64,000 nt of DNA from Streptosporangiales bacterium (GCA_009379825.1 WHTA01000016.1:32224-96223); one strand, 5' to 3'; counted from the first letter of the stretch, positions 19,165 to 32,939 are shown. Notes: generated from the sequence alone by a model not told the origin. Numbers and translations are program-made.

Positions 19165-19243
19165 GCCGGTTGTTGGCTGCTGAGGCCTGTGGCAGACGCA
19201 ACGCCGTGCGGCGGGTCGGAGGCAGATCAGCGGCCCCGGCCGG

Positions 19244-22885
<3,642 letters not shown>

Positions 22886-22888
22886 CTG

Positions 22889-22903
22889 GATTGTTCAACA
22901 ATC
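22889..22903. promoter_or_regulatory. Palindrome GATTGTTCAACAATC (15-nt variant of the GATTGTTGACAATC motif) immediately upstream of the oxoprolinase gene
   Basis: Read directly. The 7-bp arms are exact reverse complements around one central nt. It sits in the 21-nt gap between the SnoaL-like gene stop and the oxoprolinase start. Confidence 0.5.
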
Positions 22904-22906
22904 GAT

Positions 22907-23351
22907 TCAGGCGGTGAGTGCGGCTGCCAGGGTGTCCCGCTGTCCGGTCAGCTCGGCCAGGCTCACCGGGTTCATGTAGTCGCGGTAGTGCGTGATCTTG
23001 CCGTCGCGCACCCGGATGATCCCGAGCGCGGTGACCCGGTACGGCCCGTCCATCACGTGCGACGTGCCGTGGTGCTCGATCTCGACGATCACGACCATCC
23101 GGGTCGGTGGTCTCGTACACGGCCATCTCGACGCCGGCGATCTCGAACGTCTCGCGCACCTTCGCCACCTGCGAGTGGTACGCCCTGATCTCGTCCTGCC
23201 CGGTCAGCCGGTCGGGCAGGCCCGCGACGGCGAACGGGTACTCGAGCACGCCGTCGGCGGCGAACAGGTCGGCGAAGTCGATGCCGTGCGTGCCCTCGAC
23301 CATCTTGCGTACCAGCTCCACGACCTCCCGCGGGGTCTTCGTGGTGGACAT
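22907..23351 (-). pseudogene. SnoaL-like / NTF2-fold protein, frameshifted
   Basis: ATG 23351 follows GGGAGG and reads MSTTKTPREVVELVRKMVEGTHG...MAVYETTDPD. It then continues in track ORF 22907..23098 (MVVIVEIEHHGTSHV...ITHYRDYMNP). The junction is about 23095-23105. The span is 445 nt. Confidence 0.65.
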
Positions 23352-23448
23352 GGTTGCCTCCCTGGCTAGCATCGGAACGATGGACCCGCTTAAAACATAC
23401 GGAACGCACGCCCCGGTTGTCGACGGGGCACAGTCCACGGGTGGCGCC

Positions 23449-24006
23449 ATGACGGAGAAGCAGCTGCGCGCCGACGCCAGGCGCAACCGGCTCAAGGTGC
23501 TCGAGGCCGCACAGCAGGCGTTCGCGGACGCGGGCGTCGGGGTGCCGCTCGACGACATCGCCCGCCGCGCCGGCGTCGGCGCCGGCACCGTCTACCGGCA
23601 CTTCCCCACCAAGGAGGCGCTGTTCGAGGCCGTCGTGCAACACCGCGTCGAGCAGCTGATCGAGGACGCCAAGCAGCGGGCGCGCGGCGACGACCCCGGG
23701 GAGGCGTTCTTCGGCTTCCTCGGTCGGCTGGCCGACACCGCGGCGGCGAAGAAGGACCTCACCGACGCGCTCGCCGGCGCCGGGGTCGCCACCGACTCCA
23801 ACATAGCGGCCGCGACCCAGGAGATGCAGGGCGCGCTAGGCGTCCTGCTGGATCGGGCTCAGCGGGCCGGTGCCGTACGGAAGGACGTGACGGGCGAGCA
23901 CCTGGTCGCGCTGTTGAAGGGCGCCCTCGTCGCCGTGCAGCACGGCGACGATCCCGACCTGGGGGCGCGCGTCTTCGCCGTCCTCACCGACGGGCTGCGC
24001 GCGTAA
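23449..24006 (+). CDS. TetR/AcrR family transcriptional regulator
   Basis: RADARRNRLKVLEAAQQAFADAGVGVPLDDIARRAGVGAGTVYRHFPTKEALF. An alternative upstream start is ATG 23380. Confidence 0.9.
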   Translation: MTEKQLRADARRNRLKVLEAAQQAFADAGVGVPLDDIARRAGVGAGTVYRHFPTKEALFEAVVQHRVEQLIEDAKQRARGDDPGEAFFGFLGRLADTAAAKKDLTDALAGAGVATDSNIAAATQEMQGALGVLLDRAQRAGAVRKDVTGEHLVALLKGALVAVQHGDDPDLGARVFAVLTDGLRA

Positions 24007-24010
24007 CGCG

Positions 24011-24481
24011 TCACGCGGTCTTGGTCACCGGCTCGGTGCGTACCGGGAAGTTCACCGAGTTCGCGATGAAGCAGAGCTCGTGCGCCTTCGGGTGCTGTGC
24101 TTCCGCACGTTCGACCATCGCCGGGTCGCTGACCGTCACCTGCGGGCGGAGCACGACGTCGGTGAAGTGGCCGCCGCCTTCGGGCGTCTGGGCCATGGTG
24201 CCGAGCGGCTCGTCGACGTAGCCGGTGACGACGACACCGGCCACTGCGCACAGGTGCAGGTACCAGAGCATGTGGCACTGCGACAGCGACGCGACGAGCA
24301 GCTGCTCAGGGTTCCACCGGTCCTTGTCGCCGCGGAACGCCGGGTCGGCCGTACCGGCCAGCGGGGGCGGCCCTTCGGCCGTGACCTCGTGCTCGCGGCC
24401 GTAGTCGCGGTAGCCGCTGGTGCCGGTGCCGCGGTTGCCGGCCCAGGTGACGGTCAGTTCGTACGAGTGCGTCTTCGCCAC
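24011..24481 (-). CDS. OsmC-family peroxiredoxin-like protein
   Basis: 156 aa from GTG 24481, preceded by GGGAGG. The paired Cys positions are SLSQCHMLWYL and AHELCFIANS. It lies 16 nt downstream of folD. Confidence 0.85.
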   Translation of the reverse strand: MAKTHSYELTVTWAGNRGTGTSGYRDYGREHEVTAEGPPPLAGTADPAFRGDKDRWNPEQLLVASLSQCHMLWYLHLCAVAGVVVTGYVDEPLGTMAQTPEGGGHFTDVVLRPQVTVSDPAMVERAEAQHPKAHELCFIANSVNFPVRTEPVTKTA

Positions 24482-24497
24482 CGTGCCTCCCGCGCGG

Positions 24498-25427
24498 TCA
24501 GAAGCCCATGCTGCCGCGCGCCGCCTCCGCGGCCGCGGCCATCTGCGCCGCACGCACGGTGGCGCGCAGCAGCCAGACGTCGGTGATCGGCCCGACGCCG
24601 CCTGGCACCGGTGTGACGGCTTCCGCGTGTTCGGACACCGAGGCGAAGTCGATGTCGCCGACCAACCTGGTGCGGCCGGTCTCCGGATCCTTGACCGGGT
24701 TGATCCCGACGTCGATCGCCAGCGCACCCTCCTTGACGTGCTCGCCGGTGATCAGACCCGGCACGCCGGCCGCGGACACCAGGATGTCCGCTTGCCGGGT
24801 GAGGTCGTACAGCTTGCCCGCCCGGTGCGTGTGCACGTCGCAGGACACGACGGTGGCATTGTTCGCCAGCGCCATGAAGACCATCGGCTTGCCGACGTTG
24901 TCGGAACGGCCGACGAAGACCATCAGGCTGTTCGCCAGCACCTCTTTCGGGTCCCTGCCGCTGTCGCGGTAGAACCGGTCGACGATGTGGAACACCGACG
25001 CCGGCGTCGAGGGCACGAAGCGTGGCCGGCCGAGCGCGAGCAGCCCGGTGTTGACCGGGTGCACCGACTCGATGTCCTTCGTCGGGTCGAGCGCGCGGTA
25101 GACGGCCACCTCGGACACCTGCTGCGGCAGCGGCCGCAGCACGAGGATCCCGGAGACCCGCGGGTCGGCGTCGAGCTTGCCGACCGTGGCGATCGCGTCG
25201 GCTTCGAGGACGTCGGCGGGCAGCGCCTCGCACGTGTAGTGGCACCCAACCTTGAGCGCCAGCTGCTCGAGCCGGCGCTGGTAGGTGTGTGACGGGTAGT
25301 CGTCGCCGGCGATCACCGTCGCGAGGCCGGGTCTGATGCCCTTCTCCGCCAGCGCAGCGACGTCGGCCGCGACCTCCTTCTCCAGGTCGTCGGCGTACGC
25401 GTTACCGTCGATGCTGACGGCCGTCAT
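24498..25427 (-). CDS. folD: Bifunctional methylene-THF dehydrogenase / methenyl-THF cyclohydrolase (FolD-like)
   Basis: Motifs ILVLRPLP, GRSDNVGKPM and VTPVPGGVGPIT. The start shares one nt with the upstream stop (TAATG). Confidence 0.85.
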   Translation of the reverse strand: MTAVSIDGNAYADDLEKEVAADVAALAEKGIRPGLATVIAGDDYPSHTYQRRLEQLALKVGCHYTCEALPADVLEADAIATVGKLDADPRVSGILVLRPLPQQVSEVAVYRALDPTKDIESVHPVNTGLLALGRPRFVPSTPASVFHIVDRFYRDSGRDPKEVLANSLMVFVGRSDNVGKPMVFMALANNATVVSCDVHTHRAGKLYDLTRQADILVSAAGVPGLITGEHVKEGALAIDVGINPVKDPETGRTRLVGDIDFASVSEHAEAVTPVPGGVGPITDVWLLRATVRAAQMAAAAEAARGSMGF

Positions 25428-26062
25428 TACTGGTCACCCGTTTCTGCGTCGAGGTCGGGGAACAGGTCGTCGAGCTCGTCGAGGGCATCTTCGACGGCGG
25501 CGAGGTTCGCGTCGGCGGTCTCGCTGAACTTCTCGTCCAGGTCACCGGCCTCGACGTTCAGGTCGACCAGCTGACCGGCCGACGCCGCCGTGAGGTAACA
25601 TATGGTGGCCGCGATGGCCAGGTCGCCCTGGAGGTTCGTGTTGCTCTGGTGCAGGGCGGCCGCGATCTGCGCCAGCCGGGCCGCGATGTCGGTCATCCGC
25701 AGCGGCACCTCGGCGGCGCCCTCGGCGGCCATCCGCACCCGTTCCTCGTATCCCGGTGACTTGTCACGGAACGCCGTGAGCAGCGCCTCGTACGCGGTGG
25801 CGTCCGCGTCCACCAGCGGCAGTGCCTCTGCACGCAACGCGTCCGCCGCCTCGGCCAGCTGTTCCGCGTTGGGCAGCTGCTTGGTGGAGTAGCGCGCGAC
25901 CATCGCCACCAGCGCGGCGGCCATCCCGATGCTCACCGCGCACGCGCCACCGCCACCGGGTGCCGGGGTGCGGGCGGCGATGCGGTCGAGAAACGAGCTC
26001 ACGGTCTCCGTGTCGACCAGTGAACGACTGACCGCCCCTGCGCGCTCGTCGTTATCCCTCAT
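25427..26062 (-). CDS. Cyclodeaminase/cyclohydrolase family protein (FtcD C-domain / FchA-like)
   Basis: FLDRIAARTPAPGGGGACAVSIGMAAALVAMVARYS is the family signature. Confidence 0.85.
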   Translation of the reverse strand: MRDNDERAGAVSRSLVDTETVSSFLDRIAARTPAPGGGGACAVSIGMAAALVAMVARYSTKQLPNAEQLAEAADALRAEALPLVDADATAYEALLTAFRDKSPGYEERVRMAAEGAAEVPLRMTDIAARLAQIAAALHQSNTNLQGDLAIAATICYLTAASAGQLVDLNVEAGDLDEKFSETADANLAAVEDALDELDDLFPDLDAETGDQ

Positions 26063-26133
26063 GAGTGGAGTCTCTCAGAACCGGCGACGTCCTTGTAGAG
26101 GCGACCGGTTTCCCTATGGTGACTTCCGTTTAC

Positions 26134-27831
26134 TCAGGAGAGACCGAGGATCTCGTCGTTCTCGTCCAGATCGATGTGAGCGGCTGCGGGTGACTTGCTC
26201 AGCCCAGGCATGGTGCGCATCTCGCCGCAGAGCGGGTAGACGAAGCCTGCGCCGACCGAGGCGCGCACCTCGCGTACCGGCAGCCGCCACCCGGTCGGTG
26301 CGCCGGTGAGCGCAGGGTCCGACGAGATGGACAGGTGGGTCTTCGCGATGCACACCGGCAGCTTGCCGAAGCCGGCCCGCTCGTAGGTGTCGAGCTGCCG
26401 CTCGGCCGCGGGGGAGTAGTCCACGCCGTCGGCGCCGTAGACCTTGCCCGCGACGGTCTCGATCTTCTCCCGCAGGCTCGCCGAGTCCGGGTAGAGCAGC
26501 TGGAACTCGTTCGGCTCGTTGGCCGCCTCCGCGACTGCCTCGGCCAGCTCAGCTGCGCCGCGTCCGCCGTCCGCGAAGTGGGTGCACACCGCCGACCTGG
26601 CGCCCATCTCGGCGGCGATCTGCCGGATCGCCTCGTGCTCGCTGGGGTGGTCGGTGGGGAACGCGTTGATGGCGACGACCGCGGGCACGCCGTGCTGCCT
26701 GATGTTCTCGATCTGCTTGCGCAGGTTCGCCGCACCGATCGCCACGTCGTCCGGGTTCTCCTCGAGCAGCGCGGGTGGCAGCTCCTTGCCGGCGACGATC
26801 TTGTACTTTCCGGAGTGCGCCTTGAGCGCACGCACGGTGGCCACGACGACGGCCGCGTCCGGCTGCTCGCCGGAGACCCGGCACTTGATGTTGAAGAACC
26901 GCTCCGCGCCCATGTCCGCGCCGAAGCCCGCTTCCGTGATGTGGAAGTCGCTGCAGCGCAGGCCGATCAGGTCGGCGACGACGGACGAGTTGCCGGTGGC
27001 GATGTTGCCGAACGGGCCGGCATGTACGAGCACCGGCGTGTTCTCCAGCGTCTGCAGCAGGTTCGGCTTGATCGCCTCGCGCATGATGACGGCCATCGAG
27101 CCGGCGGCGTGCAGCTGCTCCGCGGTGACCGGCTCGCCCGCCCTGGTGTAGCCGATCACGATGTTGCCCAGCCGCTGCCGCAGGTCGGTGAGCGAGCTGG
27201 TGAGGCCGAGCACGGCCATCACCTCGGACGCCGCGGTGATGTCGAACCCGGTCTGCCGCGGCACGCCGTCCATCCGCGAGCCGAGGCCGACGATGATGTT
27301 GCGCAGCGCCCGGTCGTTCACGTCTAGCACGCGGCGCCAGGTGATCTGGTTCAGGTCCAGGTCGAGCTCGTTGCCCTGGAACAGATGGTTGTCGATCATC
27401 GCCGACAGCAGGTTGTGCGCCGCGGTCACCGCGTGCGAGTCGCCGGTGAGGTGCAGGTTCAGCAGCTCCATCGGCACGACCTGGCTGTAGCCGCCGCCGG
27501 CCGCGCCGCCCTTGATGCCGAAGGTCGGCCCCATCGACGGCTGCCTGATGGCGATGGACGCCTTCTTGCCGATGTGCTTGAACGCCTGGCCGAGACCGAC
27601 CGTCGTGGTGGTCTTGCCCTCGCCCAGCGGCGTCGGCGTGATCGCGCTTACCACGACGTACTTGCCGCGCTCGCGGGTCTTCAGGTGCTCGATCGCGTCG
27701 AGCTTCACCTTCAGGACGTCGTCCCCGTACGGCTGCAGCAGATGACTAGCGAGACCCATCTCGTTCGCGATGTCCTCGATGGGTTTCATCGACGCGGACC
27801 GAGCGATTTCGAGGTCGCTTGGGAACGCCAT
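26134..27831 (-). CDS. fhs: Formate--tetrahydrofolate ligase
   Basis: 565 aa with motifs PSDLEIA, TPLGEGKTTTTVGL, GPTFGIKGGAAGGGY and CIAKTHLS. Confidence 0.95.
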   Translation of the reverse strand: MAFPSDLEIARSASMKPIEDIANEMGLASHLLQPYGDDVLKVKLDAIEHLKTRERGKYVVVSAITPTPLGEGKTTTTVGLGQAFKHIGKKASIAIRQPSMGPTFGIKGGAAGGGYSQVVPMELLNLHLTGDSHAVTAAHNLLSAMIDNHLFQGNELDLDLNQITWRRVLDVNDRALRNIIVGLGSRMDGVPRQTGFDITAASEVMAVLGLTSSLTDLRQRLGNIVIGYTRAGEPVTAEQLHAAGSMAVIMREAIKPNLLQTLENTPVLVHAGPFGNIATGNSSVVADLIGLRCSDFHITEAGFGADMGAERFFNIKCRVSGEQPDAAVVVATVRALKAHSGKYKIVAGKELPPALLEENPDDVAIGAANLRKQIENIRQHGVPAVVAINAFPTDHPSEHEAIRQIAAEMGARSAVCTHFADGGRGAAELAEAVAEAANEPNEFQLLYPDSASLREKIETVAGKVYGADGVDYSPAAERQLDTYERAGFGKLPVCIAKTHLSISSDPALTGAPTGWRLPVREVRASVGAGFVYPLCGEMRTMPGLSKSPAAAHIDLDENDEILGLS

Positions 27832-27963
27832 GTTGCGGCTCCTTAGGAGGGAAACAGCCGGCGGCGACGCACCGGATCAGATGTCTGCCGGGCACGAATG
27901 GTGCCCCTACTGGAAGTTGAGCAAAAGCTAGCCGGCTCGTCCATCATCTGGGCCAGAGTTCCA

Positions 27964-28593
27964 TCATGTGGGGGCGGCGGTGGTGGTCAGGCCGTACTCG
28001 AGGCCGGCGTCGGCGACCGCCTCCCAGAGGTACTGCCCGGACGACCGCTCGCAGTGCAACAGGTACGACGGGCGGTCACCGGTGGAGGCACCGCCGGCGT
28101 CGTCGCGTACGACGTCGGTCACGAGCTTCGTCACCGAGCTCCGGAAGGCGCCACCGTCGGGTACGAAGGTGTCGCTGAGGTCGACGGCGCACAGCTTGGC
28201 GAGGACGTCCGCGGCCGCGTGGCCGGTCAGCCGCATCATCGCCCTGCCGTGCGTGGCGTCGACGATCGAGACCAGGTCGGGGTCGGCCTCGGCCTGCTGC
28301 TCCAGCCACTCGGTGAGCTTCGGCAGCTCCGCGACGTCCGCGAGCAGCAGCCACTCGCCCGGCCCGGAGCCGACGACGAGCGCCTCGTCGCCCGCGTCCC
28401 TGCTGGTGCGGCCGAACCTGGTGCCGAGCGCCGTGGCCATCGGCCCGGTGGCGGCCGCGCGTACCAGCAGCTTGCCGTACGACGACTCGTCGGTCAGGGT
28501 GAGCGCGCCGTCGCCCCGGCCGGCGGCCACGGTGGTGATCGGGCTGCGGGCGACCGGCGGCGGGCCGGTGTAGTTGCCAGTCGTGTCAGGCAC
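27964..28593 (-). CDS. soxG: Sarcosine-oxidase-family gamma subunit (N-methylglutamate dehydrogenase subunit D by context)
   Basis: About 209 aa, directly after the alpha subunit with an 8-nt overlap. SoxG-like sequence (SYGKLLVRA...GEWLLL...). Confidence 0.8.
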   Translation of the reverse strand: MPDTTGNYTGPPPVARSPITTVAAGRGDGALTLTDESSYGKLLVRAAATGPMATALGTRFGRTSRDAGDEALVVGSGPGEWLLLADVAELPKLTEWLEQQAEADPDLVSIVDATHGRAMMRLTGHAAADVLAKLCAVDLSDTFVPDGGAFRSSVTKLVTDVVRDDAGGASTGDRPSYLLHCERSSGQYLWEAVADAGLEYGLTTTAAPT

Positions 28594-31444
28594 GCTGCCT
28601 CTCCCCCTCAGGATCGACGTGGGCGTGGTGCGTGTGGACGCGCGCCGGTATCCGGTTGCCGTCGGGGAGCAGCACGGTGAGCCGGGTGCCGGGTTCGGCC
28701 AGCCGCGACTCGACCTGCGCCAGGCACACCGACCGGTTCAGTGTCGGCGACATCCGGCTGGACGTGATCCTGCCGACGATGCGGTTGCCGTCCACCAGCT
28801 GGCTGGCCTCGGTCGGCACGACCGACGGCTCCTCGGTCTGCACCGCGACCAGCATCGGGTACTCGCCGGCCGCCGCCTGCCAACGCAGCTCGGGCAGCCC
28901 GGCGAAGTCGGGCTTGTCCAGCTTGATCGCCCAATCGATGCCGGCGGTGAACGCCTTGGTGAGGCCGTCGGTGTCCTGGCCCACGATGAAGTGGCCCTTC
29001 TCCAGCCGCAGGACCCGTTGCGCCTCCATGCCGAACGGCCGGATGCCGAGGTCCTTGCCGTGGGCGAACAGCTGCTCCCACACGTGCAGGCCGTAACCCG
29101 CAGGCACGTGCAGCTCGTAGCTCAGCTCACCGGTGAAGCCGATCCGCCACAGCACGCAGTCCGGCACGCCCGCGACGGTGCCCGTACGGACGTGCATGTA
29201 GGGGAATGCGTCGGTGGACAGGTCGACGCCGTCGACCAGCCGCTCCAACAGCTGCCGGCTCTTCGGGCCGGCGACGTTCATGCTCGCGTACGTCGTGGTG
29301 ACCGGCGTGACGTGCACCCGCCACTCGGGGTGCTCGGTCTGCAGCCAGTTCTCCACCCACTCCCAGACGCCGCCGGCGCCGGACGAGGTGGTGCTCATCA
29401 GGTAGTGGTCCTCGGCCAGCCGGCCGGTCACGCCGTCGTCGAGCACGACCCCGTCGTCGGCACACATGACGCCGTACCTGACCCGGCCGACGTCGAGCCG
29501 CTGCCACTTGTTGACGTACAGCTGCTCGAGCAGCTTCGGGACATCCGGGCCGCGTAGGTCCAGCTTGCCGATGGGGGTGACGTCGATGACGCCGACGTTC
29601 TCCCTGACGTTGCGGGCCTCGGCCTGTGCGTCGCCGTAGTGGTCCGGCCTGATCCAGGCGCCGGCGACCATCGGCTGGCCGTTGTGCCGGTCGTGCCACT
29701 CCTGCATCGGCGAGTGCCGCACCGGCTCGAAGATGCGTCCGGCGAGTGCGCCGAGGCTGACCGGCGCGTACGGCGGGCGCCACGTGGTGGTGCCGGTGTC
29801 CGCGATGGACTTGCCGGTCGCGCGGGCGTGCGCGGCGATGGTGTTCATCAGCTCCAGCTTGCCCTGCACGGTGCCCATGGTGGCGGTGGTGTAGCGCTTG
29901 GCCAGCTCGACGCTGTCGTAGCCCTCGGCGACGGCCTGCTTGATGTCCTTGGTGGTGACGTCCTCGGAGAAGTCGACGAAGCCGTGCGTCTGCGAGACGA
30001 ACATCTCCCGGTGCCGGGCGGGCTCGAGCGCAGGGACGTCGACCGGGTCGCCCGGCTGCGGCAGGGTGCGCGCGTCGTCCGGGCGCGTGGGCACGTCGGC
30101 GAACGCCAGCGTGAAGGCCCGCGCCTCGCGCGCCGCGGCGCGCCCGGTGGCGCTGCCGTGCTCGACCAGCTGCTCGGCGGTGCCGTCGCCGCAGAGGCCA
30201 CCGGTGGCGAAGACACCGTCGGACAGCGCGTTCACGTTCGGTACGAACCTGGCCGCCGTCGGGTCGTAGGTGGGCTGGTCGCCGGCCATGTTGAGCAGCG
30301 ACGTGGGCGCCGTCCACCCGGTGGCCGTGACGAACAGGTCGCACTGCACGGTCTTGCCGTTCGCCAGGTCGACCTGGCGAACCTGGCCGCGGCCGGACGC
30401 GCGGAGCACGTCGCCGCCGCGGCGGGCGTCCTCGACGTGCACGACGTCCACGCCGGCCCGGCGCAGGTCGCCGACCACGGCGTCCCCTTCGGCGTTCGCC
30501 GTGAGCACCACCGCGCGGGTGCCCGGCCGTACCGCGTAGAGGTTGACCAGCCGCCGGACGGCGGTGGACAGCATCACGCCGGGCAGGTCGCTGCCCTGGA
30601 AGACGTACGGCCGCTCGATCAGGCCGGCCGCCACCACGAGCGCCTTGGCGCGCGCCTTCACCAGGCGCTCCTTCGGGCCGAGCCCGTTGCCTGGCACCGA
30701 GCGCTGCACTACGGAGATCCAGTTGTCGTCGTAGCGGCCGAGCACGGTGGCGTCGGTCATGACCTCGATGGTGTCGAGCTGCGCCACCCGGTCGCGGAGC
30801 TCGGCGAGCAGGTCGAGGTCGTCCTGGCTGCCCCAGCGCAGGTGGCCGCCGAGCTGGTGCTCCTCCTCGACGAGCAGCACCTGCGCGCCGTCCTCCGCCG
30901 CGGCGATCGCGGCCGCGAGGCCGGCCGGGCCACCGCCGGCCACCAGGACGTCCGGGTGGGCGTACCGCTTGTCGTAGCCCTCGGCCGACGTGCCAGGGCT
31001 GATCTCACCGGCATTGACGAACCGCTGCAGTACCCGCTCGTACGCCGGCCACAGCCGCTGCGGCTTGATGAAGGTCTTGTAGTAGAAGCCGGCGGAGAGG
31101 AACCTGCCGGCGAGCTGGTTGATGGCCTTCAGGTCGTACTTGAGCGACGGCCAGGTGTTCTGCGAGCTCACCTGGATGCCGCCCGTGACCAGCCGGTGCC
31201 CGGCGCGCACGTTCGGCTCGTCGTCGACCTGCAGCACGCAGCCGGGGTCGAGGAAGCTCGCGGTGAGGATGCCGCGGGGCCGGTGGTACTTGAAGCTACG
31301 CGACATCACCCGCACACCGGCGGCGGCCAGTGCGGAGGCGATGGTGTCGCCGGCGTACGCCGTGCAGGGCTTGCCGTTCCAGCTGAAGGACAGTGGCTGG
31401 CTGCGGTCGATGACCTCGCCGGACTGGCGGGCAAGGCGGCTCAT
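28586..31444 (-). CDS. soxA: Sarcosine-oxidase-family alpha subunit (N-methylglutamate dehydrogenase subunit C by context)
   Basis: ATG 31444 (MSRLARQSGE...FSWNGKPCTAYAGDTIASAL...KYHRPRGI), an NAD/FAD Rossmann (DVLVAGGGPAGLAAA), and a C-terminal GcvT-like folate-binding domain. Confidence 0.9.
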   Translation of the reverse strand: MSRLARQSGEVIDRSQPLSFSWNGKPCTAYAGDTIASALAAAGVRVMSRSFKYHRPRGILTASFLDPGCVLQVDDEPNVRAGHRLVTGGIQVSSQNTWPSLKYDLKAINQLAGRFLSAGFYYKTFIKPQRLWPAYERVLQRFVNAGEISPGTSAEGYDKRYAHPDVLVAGGGPAGLAAAIAAAEDGAQVLLVEEEHQLGGHLRWGSQDDLDLLAELRDRVAQLDTIEVMTDATVLGRYDDNWISVVQRSVPGNGLGPKERLVKARAKALVVAAGLIERPYVFQGSDLPGVMLSTAVRRLVNLYAVRPGTRAVVLTANAEGDAVVGDLRRAGVDVVHVEDARRGGDVLRASGRGQVRQVDLANGKTVQCDLFVTATGWTAPTSLLNMAGDQPTYDPTAARFVPNVNALSDGVFATGGLCGDGTAEQLVEHGSATGRAAAREARAFTLAFADVPTRPDDARTLPQPGDPVDVPALEPARHREMFVSQTHGFVDFSEDVTTKDIKQAVAEGYDSVELAKRYTTATMGTVQGKLELMNTIAAHARATGKSIADTGTTTWRPPYAPVSLGALAGRIFEPVRHSPMQEWHDRHNGQPMVAGAWIRPDHYGDAQAEARNVRENVGVIDVTPIGKLDLRGPDVPKLLEQLYVNKWQRLDVGRVRYGVMCADDGVVLDDGVTGRLAEDHYLMSTTSSGAGGVWEWVENWLQTEHPEWRVHVTPVTTTYASMNVAGPKSRQLLERLVDGVDLSTDAFPYMHVRTGTVAGVPDCVLWRIGFTGELSYELHVPAGYGLHVWEQLFAHGKDLGIRPFGMEAQRVLRLEKGHFIVGQDTDGLTKAFTAGIDWAIKLDKPDFAGLPELRWQAAAGEYPMLVAVQTEEPSVVPTEASQLVDGNRIVGRITSSRMSPTLNRSVCLAQVESRLAEPGTRLTVLLPDGNRIPARVHTHHAHVDPEGERQRA

Positions 31445-31692
31445 GAGTTCTCCTGGACGGGACGCGTCCGGTTCGACAAGGTGTGCCTCTCGACGCTGAA
31501 GTGCTGCCGGCACCCGGTGGAGTGGTACCAGGTCTCCACGGTCCAGCCGAAGACGTTCGCCCTCGTGTAGAGGTAGGTGCGCCACTGCGTCGGGGTGGTC
31601 GTCGCGGGATCCGGTCGGGAGGTCTTCTCGCCGACATACCTGAACTCGGTCACGTTACGCGGCCCGCACCAGGGGCACCGTAGAAGCATCAT
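31441..31692 (-). CDS. soxD: Sarcosine-oxidase-family delta subunit
   Basis: 83 aa, MMLLRCPWCGPRNVTEFRYVGE...WYHSTGCRQHF (Zn-ribbon type SoxD). Start and stop overlap both neighbours. Confidence 0.85.
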   Translation of the reverse strand: MMLLRCPWCGPRNVTEFRYVGEKTSRPDPATTTPTQWRTYLYTRANVFGWTVETWYHSTGCRQHFSVERHTLSNRTRPVQENS

Positions 31693-32939
31693 CAGTGACC
31701 CACCGCCGCAGCGCCCTTCTCGCCTACCAGGGTTCCGTTCGCGAAGCGTTCCAACCCGAAGGCCTCGATGATCTTCGGAGTGCGCTGCGTCGCGATGCAC
31801 TCCGCCATGGCCTCGCCGCTGACCGGGCCGGCCTTGAAGCCGTACGTGCCCCAGCCGACGTCGACGAGGAAGCCGTCTACGCCGGTGAAGCCCATGATCG
31901 GGCTGAAGTCTGGCGTCATGTCGCAGAGACCGGCCCACTGCCGCAGCAGCCGCATCTTCGCCAGCGCGGGCATCAGCTCGAGCACGTGCCCGGCCAGGCC
32001 CTCGATGAACTCCAGCGAGCCGCGGGTGGAGTACGACGCGAACGGGTCGACGCTCGCCCCGAACACCAGCTCGCCCCTGTCCGTCTGGCTGACGTACACG
32101 TGCAGCGAGCCGGAGACGATCACCGTCTCGAGGAACGGCCGTACCGGCTCGGTGACGGCCGCCTGCAGCGGGAAGGTCTGGATCGGCAGCGGCACCCCGG
32201 CCATGTCCGCGATGGTGCTCGCCCAGCCGGCCGTGGCGTTGACCACGGTGCCGGCGGCGATGGTGCCGCGGTTGGTGCGTACGCCCGTGACCTTGCCGCC
32301 GGACACCTCGATGCCGGTGACCTCGGTGTTCTGGTGGATGTGCACGCCGGCGGCGTCCGCGCCGCGGGCGTACCCCCAGACGACGGCGTCGTGCCTGATG
32401 ATGCCGCCAGGCGGGTGGTAGAGCGCGCCCTGGATCGGGTACCTGGCGCCGGCGGAGACGTCCAGGTGAGGCACTCGCCGCTTGATCTCGTCCGGGTAGA
32501 TCACCCGGGAGTCGACACCCTGCAGCTTGTTGACCTCTGCGCGCCAGTGCATGGTGCGGAGCGAGGAGTCGTTGTGCGCCAACGTCATGTGCCCGCGCTG
32601 CGAGAACATCACGTTGAAGTTCAGCGTCGCCGACAGCTCCTCGTAGAGGTGGAGCGAGCGGTCGTAGAAGGCCACTCCCTCCGGCGTCAGGTAGTTGGAC
32701 CTCACGATGGCCGTGTTGCGACCAGAGCCACCACTGCCGATGTAGCTCTTGTCGACGACGGCCACGTTGCGGATGCCGTGGTTGGTTGCCAGGTAGTACG
32801 CCGTGGCGAGCCCGTGCACCCCGCCGCCGATCACGACGACGTCGTAGCTGGGGCGGAGGTCGTGCGGTCGCCAAGCGGCCGGCCACTCGCGGTGCGTGAG
32901 GCCGTTGCGGAAGAGGCGCCAGGCCGAGTATCGAGTCAT
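31692..32939 (-). CDS. soxB: Sarcosine-oxidase-family beta subunit (FAD dependent; N-methylglutamate dehydrogenase subunit A by context)
   Basis: 415 aa with YDVVVIGGGVHGLATAYYLA and a DAO-family fold. Confidence 0.9.
   Translation of the reverse strand: MTRYSAWRLFRNGLTHREWPAAWRPHDLRPSYDVVVIGGGVHGLATAYYLATNHGIRNVAVVDKSYIGSGGSGRNTAIVRSNYLTPEGVAFYDRSLHLYEELSATLNFNVMFSQRGHMTLAHNDSSLRTMHWRAEVNKLQGVDSRVIYPDEIKRRVPHLDVSAGARYPIQGALYHPPGGIIRHDAVVWGYARGADAAGVHIHQNTEVTGIEVSGGKVTGVRTNRGTIAAGTVVNATAGWASTIADMAGVPLPIQTFPLQAAVTEPVRPFLETVIVSGSLHVYVSQTDRGELVFGASVDPFASYSTRGSLEFIEGLAGHVLELMPALAKMRLLRQWAGLCDMTPDFSPIMGFTGVDGFLVDVGWGTYGFKAGPVSGEAMAECIATQRTPKIIEAFGLERFANGTLVGEKGAAAVGH

Noticed and set aside
27832-27963. 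132-nt lower-GC leader upstream of fhs. I looked for a ZTP (pfl) or THF riboswitch, which often precede fhs/folD.
   Set aside because: I transcribed the minus strand and could not find the conserved ZTP cores (GGGUCGUGA..., CCGCCUGGGC) or a THF-like fold. Only a 6-bp hairpin (27890-27906) is present. A covariance-model search (Rfam/Infernal) would be decisive.
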